Assembly: GCF_000143415.4 (NCBI RefSeq)
Contig: NW_003314402.1
Span: 254,017-318,016, forward strand
Source of the DNA: Selaginella moellendorffii
Taxonomy: Eukaryota > Plantae > Lycopodiophyta
Length of the DNA stretch: 64,000 nucleotides
Direction: 5' to 3'
Shown here: one piece after another, positions 42,712 through 55,843 of the stretch
How the letters are laid out: each line of letters starts with the position of its first letter
How positions within the stretch are numbered: the first letter of the stretch is position 1
The notes under the pieces: generated by a model
Seen by the model: only the letters and a program-made list of their open reading frames with translations
Told to the model about the DNA's origin: nothing
Databases searched by the model: none
Program-made: the position numbers and the translations under genes

Positions 42712-44334
42712 ATGTTGACAAAAAGAGTCTTATTTCCAAACGCTCCCAGCGATGGGAGGTTTGGGGACAGAGACGTGTTTCTCCGGAACAGGGAGATCGA
42801 GATGCATGGCAAGAATGGAGATTTGGCTGCGGCAGTAGAGGTCTTTGAAGTTCTAGCTTCTCGGAGGGATGTTTACTCGTGGGTGTTTATTCTGGTTGCG
42901 TTTACTCGGAACTGCCGGTTGATGCAGGCAAGACGATGTTTTGAATCCATGCCGCAAAAGAATCTTGTTGCGTGGAATGTGATGTTGTCAGCATATGCCA
43001 AAACGGGGCATCTGCTGCAAGCGAAAGCGCTCTTTTGCGAGATGCCTTTCTGGGATTTGGTGTCTTGGGATTCAATGCTTTTGGCGTTTTGTCGTGCGGG
43101 TTTGCTAGATGATGCGAGAGGATTTTTTGCGAGAATGCCAGAGTGGGACTGCGTTGCGTGGAATCTGTTGCTGAATGCGTATGCCCAACTTGGGCATATA
43201 GATGAAGCTGCATTCTTCTTCAGTGGTATGCCGGAACGAAGTTTGGTTTCGTGCACGGCAATGGTTCATGCTTATGTCCAAAACGGGGATTTAGAAAGTT
43301 CCAAGCTTGCGTTTGATTCCTCTCGTGAACACGACCTTGTGTTGTGCTCTACGATGATCTCAGCGTTGTCTTCCAAAGGAGACCTAGCAGGAGCAAAATG
43401 GGTGTTTGATTCCATGAAAGAGAGGGATGTGGTCGCATATACCGCACTGCTTACTGCATATTCGCATTCTGGGGATCTCCCCAAGGCCCAGGAGACCTTT
43501 GACGCCATGAAAGAGCACAATGTAGCTGCATGGAATGCCTTGCTTGCGGCATATGCCCGAAACGGGAATCTTCCGGGAGCTAGACGAATCTTTGACGAGA
43601 TGCCCCACAGGGATCTCCAGACCTGGGTTTCTATGCTCTCGTTTTACTCTCGAGCCGGTGAGATAGAAAACGCAAAGCTCGTGTTTGATTCCATGCAAAG
43701 CTGGGACCAAATCTCATGCAACTCGATGCTCGCGGCATATGCCAAGTATGGGGATATTCGAGATGCCGAGAATCTCTACTGCTCGATTCCCACCCACGAT
43801 ACCGCCACCTTGAACTCCATGCTCGCGGCCTACTTGCACAGGGGCTGCTTCACAGAGGTCAAGAGGCTCTTTAACACCGCCCAAGAGAGGAATCTTATCA
43901 CCTGGAACATAGCTCTGGGGGCATATTCCAGCACTGGGAATCTTGCCCGGGCCAGGACCATTTTCAGTCGCATGCCGTACCACGACATGGCCGCGTGGAA
44001 TGCCATGGTGGGGGCATATGCACAGAACGGTCCGTACAAGAAAATGCTTGAATTCTTCCATTTGTTGAACCTGATGGGTGAAGTTCCAGGTGAGCTCGTG
44101 TTTGCCCTCTTGTTTCTGGCATCAAGTCATGCGGGAGCAATCATTGATCGATCAGGGTGGAGCACTCTTTTGGGAGATTTCGGTGTCAATCTAACCAAGC
44201 AGCATTTCTCATGTGTGATTGATCTTCTTGGGCGATGTGGATACTTGAAAGATGCCAGGGATCTGGTTACAAATATGCCATATGAGCCTGAGGTGTTGGA
44301 TCAAGCTTGTTTGATCAGTAGCTCACCTCGCTAA
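42712..44334 (+). CDS. PLS-class PPR protein with a truncated E domain
   Basis: Tandem 31-aa repeats, HFSCVIDLLGRCG and MPYEPEV, followed by an early stop. Confidence 0.88.
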   Translation: MLTKRVLFPNAPSDGRFGDRDVFLRNREIEMHGKNGDLAAAVEVFEVLASRRDVYSWVFILVAFTRNCRLMQARRCFESMPQKNLVAWNVMLSAYAKTGHLLQAKALFCEMPFWDLVSWDSMLLAFCRAGLLDDARGFFARMPEWDCVAWNLLLNAYAQLGHIDEAAFFFSGMPERSLVSCTAMVHAYVQNGDLESSKLAFDSSREHDLVLCSTMISALSSKGDLAGAKWVFDSMKERDVVAYTALLTAYSHSGDLPKAQETFDAMKEHNVAAWNALLAAYARNGNLPGARRIFDEMPHRDLQTWVSMLSFYSRAGEIENAKLVFDSMQSWDQISCNSMLAAYAKYGDIRDAENLYCSIPTHDTATLNSMLAAYLHRGCFTEVKRLFNTAQERNLITWNIALGAYSSTGNLARARTIFSRMPYHDMAAWNAMVGAYAQNGPYKKMLEFFHLLNLMGEVPGELVFALLFLASSHAGAIIDRSGWSTLLGDFGVNLTKQHFSCVIDLLGRCGYLKDARDLVTNMPYEPEVLDQACLISSSPR

Positions 44335-44804
44335 AGTATTATTTTTTATAGCCATAACTTAAATATAAAATTCTGTAACTTTATTTTGTGAGTGCATGGA
44401 ATTTTTGGACCTCACAATATTAATATATTATTAAATTATCATTTGATTTATAAAGAATCCAACAGTGTAAGCACCAAAATCTCAACAGCATATAATGCCA
44501 TGCCCACACCAGCTACCAAAAATTAGATGTGAAGCTCTACCAAAAATTTAGTATTTGCTTAAATAAATAATTATAGCTACTCATTTTTAAACGCAGTTTA
44601 AAAATATAATAAAAATTGGAGTAACTAAATTTTAACCTAATAATTCTCTGAAATGGGAAATTAAAGACTGGAAAAGGAAATATATGCTAGAATAAGGGGG
44701 TTTAAAGTTACATGCGGAGGCCCATGTTTTAGGGCTTAGGGTGCCCAAAGATTTCTTCCTTCTTCTTGATCGCGGACTTGGATCGATCGCGAGCTCTTCC
44801 AGCG

Positions 44805-46433
44805 ATGGCGAGGGATCATCACCAGCAGCAGCACGGGCAGCAGCAGCTCGAGGTCCTCTCGGCGCTGGACAAGGCCAAGACGCAATGGTACCACTTCACC
44901 GCCATCGTGATCGCGGGCATGGGCTTCTTCACGGATGCTTACGATCTCTTTTGCATCTCCACCGTCACCAAGCTCCTGGGGAGGATCTACTACTACGATC
45001 CAGCGTCTGGCAAGCCCGGATCGCTCCCCCCAAACGTCTCGGCGGCCGTGAATGGAGTGGCGCTGTGCGGGACGCTCGCCGGGCAGCTCTTCTTCGGCTG
45101 GCTGGGCGATCGATTCGGGCGCAAGAAGGTCTATGGCATGACGCTCATGCTCATGGTCATGGCCTCGGTCGCCTCGGGGCTCTCTTTCGGCCACACTGCC
45201 AAGAGCGTGATGACCACGCTGTGCTTCTTCCGGTTCTGGCTTGGATTTGGCATCGGTGGCGACTATCCTCTCTCGGCCACGATCATGTCCGAGTATGCCA
45301 ACACCAAGACTCGCGGAGGATTCATCGCGGCGGTGTTTGCCATGCAAGGATTCGGGATCCTCGCCGGTGGCGCGGTGGCGATCTTCGTGGCGCTGGGATT
45401 CAAGACGGCGTATCCTCGCGAAGCGTTTGAGCTCGATCCGGCTGGATCCACTCCACCAGAGGCGGACTTCGTGTGGAGGATCATCTTCATGCTTGGAGCT
45501 CTCCCGGCGGCGCTCACGTACTACTGGCGGATGAAGATGCCCGAGACCGCGCGCTACACCGCGCTGGTGGAGGGGAACCTCAAGCAGGCGACGCAGGACA
45601 TGAGCAAAGTTCTCGCGGTGGAGATCACGGAGGAGAACTCCGCCGCCAAGGCCGCCGCGATCCAGAGCCAGCACAGGAACAAGTACACGCTCTTCTCGGC
45701 GGAGTTTCTTCGCCGCCATGGCTTGCATCTCCTCGGCACCACCTCCACTTGGTTCCTCCTCGACGTCGCCTTCTACAGCCAGAACCTCTTCCAAAAGGAC
45801 GTTTTCACCGCGGTGGGATGGCTCCCAAGCGCCAAGAAGATGAGCGCGCTGGACGAAGTCTACCGGATCTCGCGAGCGCAGTGCCTGATCGCGCTGTGCT
45901 CCACGGTGCCGGGTTACTGGTTCACGGTGTTCCTCATCGACCGGATCGGGCGATTCACCATCCAGCTCATGGGCTTCTTCTTCATGACGGCTTTCATGCT
46001 CGGGCTGGCCATCCCTTACAACGCTCTCCGCGATGGCAGCCATATGACGTTCATCGTGCTCTACTCGCTTACGTTCTTCTTCGCCAACTTTGGGCCGAAT
46101 TCCACCACCTTCATCGTCCCCGCGGAGGTGTTCCCGGCGCGGTTTCGATCGACTTGTCACGGGATCTCGGCGGCGGCTGGGAAGGCCGGGGCGATTGTCG
46201 GAGCTTTCGGGTTCCTCTATGCCGCGCAGAGCCCGGACAGGGAGAAGACCGATGCCGGGTACCCGACTGGAGTGGGGATCCGGACGGCGCTGCTCATGCT
46301 CGCGGTTTGCAATGGTCTGGGCTTCTTCTTCACGCTGCTTGTTCCGGAGACTAAAGGGCGGTCGCTGGAGGAGATCTCTGGCGAGAATGGTGGCGAGGGT
46401 GGTGATCATCCCAGGCCGATCCTGCCAGTGTAA
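44805..46433 (+). CDS. PHT1: PHT1 phosphate:H+ symporter (copy A), intronless
   Basis: [17 protein letters not shown], signature [26 protein letters not shown] and [11 protein letters not shown]. Confidence 0.96.
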   Translation: MARDHHQQQHGQQQLEVLSALDKAKTQWYHFTAIVIAGMGFFTDAYDLFCISTVTKLLGRIYYYDPASGKPGSLPPNVSAAVNGVALCGTLAGQLFFGWLGDRFGRKKVYGMTLMLMVMASVASGLSFGHTAKSVMTTLCFFRFWLGFGIGGDYPLSATIMSEYANTKTRGGFIAAVFAMQGFGILAGGAVAIFVALGFKTAYPREAFELDPAGSTPPEADFVWRIIFMLGALPAALTYYWRMKMPETARYTALVEGNLKQATQDMSKVLAVEITEENSAAKAAAIQSQHRNKYTLFSAEFLRRHGLHLLGTTSTWFLLDVAFYSQNLFQKDVFTAVGWLPSAKKMSALDEVYRISRAQCLIALCSTVPGYWFTVFLIDRIGRFTIQLMGFFFMTAFMLGLAIPYNALRDGSHMTFIVLYSLTFFFANFGPNSTTFIVPAEVFPARFRSTCHGISAAAGKAGAIVGAFGFLYAAQSPDREKTDAGYPTGVGIRTALLMLAVCNGLGFFFTLLVPETKGRSLEEISGENGGEGGDHPRPILPV

Positions 46434-46837
46434 GTCCCCCCTTTTTCGTTTTCGCTTTTTTGAAAGATCTGGAGCTCTCTCCCCTTCTCGGTTCTAGTTT
46501 CGGGCAAAGCTGCCTCTCTCGGGCGAGAGTTTGAGCTCTTGCTCTTCGTTTCGAATAAAAAAAAAAAAAAAGGCAAAAAGAAAAGTATTTTAGTTCGAAG
46601 GTTTCTTCTTTCTTCCAAGTTCTTCACAAGTTTTTTACTTTTTCTTCCAATATTCTTACTCTCAAAGTTCTTCCAAGTGTCCTAATCTTTCTTCGAAGTT
46701 TGGTACTCTCCGAGTTCTTACAAGTGTTAACTTTTTCTTCCAAGTTGTCTTACTTCCAAGTTCTTCCAATTCAAGACAACCTCAACATAACTAACAAAGC
46801 TCCACTATGTCCATTCTCCTTACGTGATTCTTACGAA

Positions 46838-47395
46838 ATATGACAAGATTATATCCTGTAGCTCTTGACAAAACTTTAGCTTCGAATAGTGTGATCATCA
46901 TATTTTCGAGCACCACAAACCTTGTGCCGCACACATCTTTTACTCGTCATTTTTCTATTCGTTCTATGATTTAAAAAGAGGATCCATTAGCCTCGACTTT
47001 TCATCACGGTTGTCTAGAACGCACGATGTTGTTGACTTTACCTTTTATTAGTGTATAATAATATTTGTATAATCAAATGAGACGCGGCGACGCGCCACAC
47101 GAATAAATTAATTTTCCACAAGCAAAAAGCTGGCGATAGAGAGAATAATCTTATATAAGATATGACAAAACTTTTAGCCTAGTGGCTCACGGAAATTGCA
47201 AGGTTTTCAAATTATAAATGACAACATTGACGTGATCATCATATCCTCGAGCACCGCTTGCACCAAACTTGCCATGGAAAAGATTTTTTTTGCCCCCATT
47301 CTTGATTTCTTTAATGTTTTCTATGATTCTTTAGCAGGATTCACTTCCACTTGATTAAAACTTTTCATCGCAGTTTTCTAGAATGCATGACCAAA
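46838..47395 (+). repeat. Degenerate ~200-nt direct duplication between the PHT1 3' ends (~46838-47030 vs ~47160-47395)
   Basis: Shared colinear words tgacaaaactttagc, gtgatcatcatat..tcgagcacc, ttctatgatt and acttttcatc...tctagaa.gca.ga. Confidence 0.6.
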
Positions 47396-47647
47396 CTTTA
47401 ATTATCTTCTAGATGACAATATACAATATAATATAATGACAATTTATCGATACGACATCTAATATTCTTTCACTATAGGTGACAATATAATGATAAAATT
47501 TAGCATGAAAAATCAAATGTTCTCTCTTGTGTTAAGAGCATGCTTATTGACAAGAAACACTGAAGATATACAAGTATATATCTGCTCAACTTGGCTTGTA
47601 AGAAAAACTTCCTTCCTCGCTTGCTTCTCTCAGCGATGATCATGAAC

Positions 47648-49261
47648 TTAGACTTGTTGGATCGATGGGGGAGTAGGCGCGGGGGCAGCGACCATCTCCT
47701 CCTCGTTCTCCCCGGACAAGTCCTCGAGCGACCGCCCCTTGGTCTCTGGAACCAGGAACGTAAAGATGAGCCCGAGAGCGTTGCATCCTCCGAGCAACAG
47801 CAAAGCCGTCCTGATCCCCACTCCCGGCGGATACCCGGCCTCGGTATCGGCCTTGTGAGTGCTCTGCGACGCGTAGAGGAACCCGAAAGATCCAACGATG
47901 GCTCCGGCCTTTCCAGCCGCGGCCGAGATCCCGTGACAAGTCGATCGCAGCCGAGCCGGGAAGAGCTCCGCGGGGACGATGAAAGTGGTGGCGTTTGGCC
48001 CGAAGTTTGCGAAGAAGAAGGTGAGCGAGTAGAGCACGATGAACGTCATATGGTGGCCGCCGCAGTAGCCATCTGGGCACTTGTCCCCGCGGAGATTGTT
48101 GTAAGGGATGGCGAGCGCGAACATGAACACCGTCATGAAGAAGAAGCCCATGATTTGGATGGTGAAGCGTCCCATCCTGTCGATGAGAGCCACCGTGAAC
48201 CAGTACCCGGGAACAGTGGAGCACAGCGCGATCAGTGTCTGCGCTCGCGAGATCTTGTAGACTTCGTCCAGCGCGCTCATCGTCTTGCCGTTTTTGAGCC
48301 ATCCCACCGCGGTGAAAACGTCCTTCTGGAAGAGGTTCTGGCTGTAGAAGGCGATGTCGAGGAAGAACCATGTCGTCGTGGTTCCCAGGAGCTGGAGGCC
48401 GTGTCGCCTCGCAAACGCTCCCGTGAAGAGGCCATACTTGTTGGTGGCGCCTTGGATCTTGGCAGCCTCGGCCCCGACTTCCAACTCGAGAACTTTGCTC
48501 ATGTCCTTGGCAGCCTGCTTGAGATTCCCTTCCACCAGCGCGGTGTAGCGAGCGGTCTCGGGCATCTTCATCCGCGAGTAGAACGTCGCGGCGGCGGGGA
48601 GAGCCCCGAACATGAAGATGAGCCGCCACACGAAGTCCGCCTCGGGTGGCGTCGACGCTACCGGATTCACGGAAAAGATTGGGGCCGGGAAGGCCTTTCG
48701 AAAAGCCGCGGCGACGATGAGTGACACTGTTCCACCCGCGAGGATCCCGAATCCTTGCATGGCAAACACCGCCGCGATGAAAGATCCCCGGGTTTTGGTG
48801 TTGGCATACTCGGACATGATCGTGGCCGAGAGAGGATAGTCGCCACCGATGCCAAATCCGAGCCAGAACCGGAAGAAGCACAGCGTGGTCATCACCGACT
48901 TGGCAGTGTGGCCGAAGGAGAGCCCCGAGGCGATCGAGCAGATGACCATAAGCAGCAGCGTGATCCCATAGACTTTCTTTCGTCCCATCTTGTCACCGAG
49001 CCAGCCGAAGAAGAGCTGACCGGCGAGCGTCCCGCAGAAGGCCACACCCGTCACGGCCGCCGCTACGTTTGGAGGGAGTGATCCGGGCTTGCCCGAGGCT
49101 GGATCGAAGTAGTAGATCCTTCCCAGGAGCTTGGTGACGGTGGAGATGCAAAACAGATCGTAGGCGTCGGTGAAGAAGCCCATCCCCGCGATGAGAATGG
49201 CCGTGAAGTGGTACCACTGCGTCTTGGCCTTGTCCAAGGCGGACAGCACCTCGAGCGCCAT
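47648..49261 (-). CDS. PHT1: PHT1 phosphate:H+ symporter (copy B), intronless
   Basis: 537-aa ORF with [13 protein letters not shown] and all PHT1 motifs. Confidence 0.96.
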   Translation of the reverse strand: MALEVLSALDKAKTQWYHFTAILIAGMGFFTDAYDLFCISTVTKLLGRIYYFDPASGKPGSLPPNVAAAVTGVAFCGTLAGQLFFGWLGDKMGRKKVYGITLLLMVICSIASGLSFGHTAKSVMTTLCFFRFWLGFGIGGDYPLSATIMSEYANTKTRGSFIAAVFAMQGFGILAGGTVSLIVAAAFRKAFPAPIFSVNPVASTPPEADFVWRLIFMFGALPAAATFYSRMKMPETARYTALVEGNLKQAAKDMSKVLELEVGAEAAKIQGATNKYGLFTGAFARRHGLQLLGTTTTWFFLDIAFYSQNLFQKDVFTAVGWLKNGKTMSALDEVYKISRAQTLIALCSTVPGYWFTVALIDRMGRFTIQIMGFFFMTVFMFALAIPYNNLRGDKCPDGYCGGHHMTFIVLYSLTFFFANFGPNATTFIVPAELFPARLRSTCHGISAAAGKAGAIVGSFGFLYASQSTHKADTEAGYPPGVGIRTALLLLGGCNALGLIFTFLVPETKGRSLEDLSGENEEEMVAAPAPTPPSIQQV

Positions 49262-49705
49262 GGCGTGATCCTTCTCTCCTCCAAGAGATTTGGATGATCC
49301 TAGCGCTCGATAACACGAGCTTTCGCGATCGATTCCCTGTCCAAAACAAGCAACAGTGAGATTTCTCTAAGAGAATCCTCTCTCTCGGCTTGATCCAAAG
49401 CATGCGAATTCGGTGAGAAGGACGGGGATGGAATGCATGCTCGCCAGGAATGCCAAGAAAGCTTTGCTCGAATAGAAGATTCCAAAGAAACCAGGCTCAA
49501 ACAATCGAACAAGGCAGCAAATCCTCGCGCAGGAGCCGCGCACGGCATCCGTGAGGGAATGTGGATGAAAGAAACTTGCCTGGATCGATCGATCGCTCGA
49601 TCTTTGGAGCGCGTCCACTGCTAGAGCCCTAATCCCGCCCACACTTTTAAAGTCGCAGTCCGGCCGTCAAACTCACAGAAGAGACGTACATTCCCTCTAA
49701 AATGC

Positions 49706-49713
49706 GAATATTC
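49706..49713. promoter_or_regulatory. P1BS (PHR1-binding GNATATNC: GAATATTC) in the PHT1-B / beta-tubulin divergent promoter
   Basis: Exact match ~445 nt upstream of the PHT1-B ATG. Confidence 0.55.
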
Positions 49714-49770
49714 GAGGGGTTGACCCGCGATAAAAGCCCTAAAATATTACGCCCGATCTGTCCGTATCAA

Positions 49771-49820
49771 GGCCGTTGAATTTGCACTTTACCAACTGGC
49801 GCGAAAATCCAGCGAACGGA
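49771..49820. promoter_or_regulatory. MSA cores (AACGG x2) and E2F site (GCGCGAAA 49799-49806) upstream of beta-tubulin
   Basis: ggccgttgaa (= TTCAACGGCC), ggcgcgaaaa and gaacgg within ~110 nt of the ATG. Confidence 0.45.
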
Positions 49821-49879
49821 TATTTGCGCTTTTAGGGCTCTTCAATTTCTAGGGTTCTTCGCGAAGAGAGGGAAGGAGG

Positions 49880-51520
<1,641 letters not shown>

Positions 51521-51648
51521 AACAGATAGAGAGAGAATCTCTTACTTTGTGTGTTTCGATTGGGTCGCGCAAGCGACCATCTTCGAGTAAACCCAATGAA
51601 ATCCTTTGCTCCCAGAAGTTTTGAATTTTAAAAGCAGAATATTCGGGT

Positions 51649-51666
51649 TTTGGCGGGTGATTTGAA
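51649..51666 (+). promoter_or_regulatory. E2F/CDE-CHR tandem element TTTGGCGG-GTGA-TTTGAA upstream of GCP2
   Basis: TGGCGG + 4-nt spacer + TTTGAA, ~80-95 nt upstream of ATG 51746. Confidence 0.5.
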
Positions 51667-51745
51667 AGCGGCATATTCTGTTTTGGTGCTCTTAGGGCTT
51701 TTGAGCTTAAAAGCCCTAAAGTTTTTGAGTGTGGGAAAAGAAACG

Positions 51746-52335
51746 ATGGAGGGAGATCCCGCGAGCGCGCCCAGGGTAAAGGAGCTCCTCCACGATCTGG
51801 TGAGCATCTGCCGCTCCTCTTCCGATGCTGCGTCGGTGCCGCTGCTCACGGATCACGTAATCTCGGATTCCGGCGAGCTCTTGCCGTCTCTCCAGAAGCT
51901 CTCGGGGCAGATTGTGCCGATGGTAAGCTACATTGTGGGTTTTGTGCTTAGTTCCTTGGTTTCCCTTTGTCCCGCGCAGATCCAGCTCTATCAGGAGAAG
52001 AGGCAGCTCCTTGCAGCCTCTCCATTTCCTCAAAAACTTATTGAGAAAATCGAGCAACTCAAGGACGGCGGGTATGGCAAGCTACATTGTTGCTATTTTC
52101 GTTTTGTTCTCCTTTCATACTTTTGTTTCGTTCTCATTTCATCCTTTCTTTCCTGGCGTTTAAGCGGTATTTTTCTCTTTTGTTTGTGTTTCTTCAGGGC
52201 TCATGGACTTGATCGTTACCTTTGGCTGGTGAGCCAAATTCTGGCCGACCCCGACTTAAAGAAACTGGTATCGTTGGATCGTGCTACTGGGGAAAGACAC
52301 AGGCCTTCTCTTGGAGACTTTGAGGTGAGTTTCGT

Positions 52336-52366
<31 letters not shown>

Positions 52367-55300
52367 TTTTTTCATAGTTTTTTTTATTTTGGAGAAAGAG
52401 CTTAATCGTCCTATTGCTTTTGTTAGTCGCCAGCACCGACTCTACCAAGTGTGGAACAGCGTATAACACGCAGCGGCAGAGAAAATCGGGATGCCTCTGT
52501 TACGGCAAATGGAGTTGCGAAGAGTCTTAAGAATCTTTCCATTCCTGATTCAACGCAAACTCAGCCAACAAAGCCATCGAGTAAGTCGATTTTTTCTTCT
52601 TTTTTCGCTCATTTAATCATTTATTAAACAGAACATGTGAAAAAAGCAAAGCCCCTGATCGAGGGAGTGTCGTTCCCCGCAACTCCACGCTGGAACATAG
52701 ACAGGCCATATCTGACTGGTCAGTTTGTTTACGAGGTAAGCAGGCTGTTAATTCTCAAAGACATGCTTAATAGGCTTCTTTTCTCTTGCAGGAGGAAGTT
52801 GTAGAGTATTCCAAAAGCCTGATCAAAGGTATCATCACGGAACGAGATGCTTTAAGGTTTGTTTGGTGATCAATGACTAACATGTATATAAAGTTTGATT
52901 TTATTTGTAGCAACGATGGTGACCGGGCTATAGGCCTATTTGCACCTTCTGTGCAGGTACATTGTCTTCTTTTTAAAATAACGAGAACTAACGAGGCTTT
53001 CAGGAGCTACTTGTGATTGATGATCTGCTCTTTGCAATGGTTGGCATCGAGGGAAAGAGTATTCGCATTACAAGAGAAAAATCAAGAGACAAGGCTCTAA
53101 CTTTTCAAGTTGATCCCTCAATGGACTTGTCAATACAGGTGTTTGTTTGTATGTAGTCCTTTACACTAAATCTCTTTTTCTTTTCTGTATTCAGGAGCTG
53201 ACAAAGAGAGTTTTACCTCTCTGTGAAAACTACATGGTAGTCAGCCAATTCAACGAATCAAGGCTGCAATTTAAATACGGGCTGGTGAATCACGCGTTTG
53301 CTGCAGCTTTGAGAGCAATCTTGCAGGTTTAGGATGATAGCTTATATTGCTTATGTTTGAGCTTTTGTACAGGACTATCACGCCATGGTAGCACAATTGG
53401 AGCACCAGTTTAGACTCGCCAGACTTTCGCTTCAAGGTTTATGGTTCTTTTGCCAGGTAATATATTCTTTTGTCTTTGCGTTTGATGGGCCGTAAACTTT
53501 TTTAATAGCCTATGATGGGCGCAATGCAAGCTTTGGCCGTTGTTGTGAGAAAGGCATTTGTAAAGAGCCTTTCAGGAGCTGCCGTATTAAATCTGCTTCA
53601 AGGCCAGGTGCTTGCTATGAGCTTGGCTGAAAATCTTCCTGATATGTCTATATTCACAGGCAGCCGCAATTGCTGGAGATAATGCTGCCAGAACATTGCT
53701 GCAGAAACTCACTCAAGCTGCAAGTGCCCCGTATTTTGGAATATTGGAGAGGTAAGTGATACCGGTTTTCTAGGCCTGTATGTGATAGCTTTTCTAGGTG
53801 GATACACGAGGGAGTCATTGACGATCCTTATGGAGAATTTTTTATCGACGAGAACAAGGCGCTGCAGAAGGTTGTTCCATGTTGTACTGGTCAAGCACGC
53901 GTTTCCAACAATATCGTTGCAGGAAAGCCTTAGCCACGACTTCAATGCCACGTACTGGCAACAGCGATACAGCTTGAAAAATGACGTTCCTGGTTTTCTT
54001 GCATCCGCGGCTGAAAATATATTGACGACGGGCAAGTACCTTGATGCGATTCGGGAATGCGGTCAAAATGTTCGGGTATGGACCTTGTAATCAAGATGGA
54101 TTCGACGTTTTTTAATGCAGATACCTTTCTCTGAGGATGCTAAACTCACGAACTCTGGATCGAAGCGGCATTACCTGGATAAAATAAACGTTGCATACAA
54201 TTTCGCGAGTGCTGAGCTCTTGAGTTTGATTGTGCGAAAGGTGAGTTTTCAGCGCAGGTAAATTATGGACTATAACCTGTCTCTGTGTTCTATGCAGTTT
54301 GATCTCATGGGAAGGCTGCGGTCAGTGAAGCATTACTTTCTTTTGGATCAGGTAGCTCTTTAGTTTTTGCGATCAATATGGACGTTCCTGACCTCCTGAC
54401 CTTGCAGGGTGATTTCCTTGTCCACTTTATGGATATTGCAAAAGAGGAGCTTGCAAAACGACCTGTTGCGCTGTCGTTGGAAAAACTGCAGGTTTGTTCT
54501 TTTTATCTCGAAGATCTCATTTCAGCTTCTTGTTCTGCAGTCACTTTTGGAGCTTGCACTGAGAACCTCCGTTGCTGCGAGCGATCCGTACCATGAGGAT
54601 CTTACGTGCAGTCTGGTGTGGAATTCTACGTCTTTGCAAGTCCTGTCTAATCTGTTTATATATCTTTCCAGGAAAGATCGTCGTTGATGGTGCAGTTACG
54701 AAGTTTTATGAAGAACGGAATTTTGAAGATCGATTCTCCTTTAGAATCCAACTCAGAGCCCGGCAGCATGACTGGTTTGGAGACCTTCACTCTTGACTAT
54801 AAGGTACAAGGTATAATAAGTTTCCTTTGTCACTAAAGCCGTCTGTAGACGCGGTGGCCATTATCCCTCGTGATTTCAAGGAAGGCTCTCACAAAGTACC
54901 AGCTAATTTTTCGTCATCTCTTTCATTGTAAACATGTAGAAAGGCAACTCTCTGGCACCTGGCAAGCCCATCAGGTATGACAAGTATTAAGCAACAATTC
55001 GTATTGTTAACCTTCGTTTGCAGGCGACTCGTGGCCTTGACTTTGTTGGACATTCAATATCAAGATCGTACGTACTTTGCCAACAAATGCTGCATTTTAT
55101 GCAGAGCTTCGAACATTATATGACATTCGAGGTTTCAATCGTAAGCTTTCTGTGTTGAATCTTAGTCCTTTTGCAGGTGCTAGAGCCCAACTGGCATGTC
55201 ATGGACACTAAACTCCAGAGTGCTAAGAGTATTGACGAGGTTCGCCGTTTCCTTTCCTCTGATTATTTTACACATACCCACTGCTTTCAGGTCATTCAAC

Positions 55301-55766
55301 TACACGACTTTTTTCTAGACAAGTGTTTGAAAGAGTGCATTTTGTTATGGCCTCACATATTGAAGGTTCTTAGTTTTATCAAAGTTTTTCGTTGTGCTTA
55401 TCTAAACGTTCGATTTTTTCAGAGCGTGGAAAAGCTGAAATCCCTCTGCCTGCAGTATGCAATAGCAATACAATGGCTGATCCCATCACTCTACACGCTC
55501 GAATCTCCAGCAGAGACCAAAAAGACAAAGCGTTGTCGAGGGCAGCGCTTGCGAATGGTGAAAGACGGCGAGGATGCGAACTTCAAGAACACAATCGGGT
55601 ATGCGTGCCTTTCCTTCTCATTGAGAATTCTAACGTTCGAACTTCCAGGCAAATGGAAAACGATTTTCGGAAAGAAATGAAAGAGCTGCTAAGTCTTCTA
55701 AGTAGCAGCTCACAAACCGAGCCATACTTGGCACACTTGGCTCAAGGCCTCCAGGGACAGCACTAG
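51746..55766 (+). CDS. GCP2: Gamma-tubulin complex component 2 (Spc97/GCP2), about 25 short exons
   Basis: [106 protein letters not shown] and EPYLAHLAQ. Confidence 0.95.
52336..52360 (+). repeat. (CT)n microsatellite in a GCP2 intron
   Basis: About 12 CT units. Confidence 0.85.
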
Positions 55767-55843
55767 AAGTAAGTCCACTCTTCCTGCCATGCAAGCTTTA
55801 TTAATTGGTTTTTTCTTCTCTAAGGGTCGTGAGTTCGACACCC

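Noticed and set aside
46595-46775. Repeated TTCTTCCAAG words after PHT1-A
   Set aside because: Low-complexity degenerate repeat with no clear structure or function.
44736-48881. Long antisense and alternate-frame ORFs (557, 413, 377 and 293 aa) over the PHT1 genes
   Set aside because: Expected shadow ORFs from GC-rich third codon positions; no recognisable domains.
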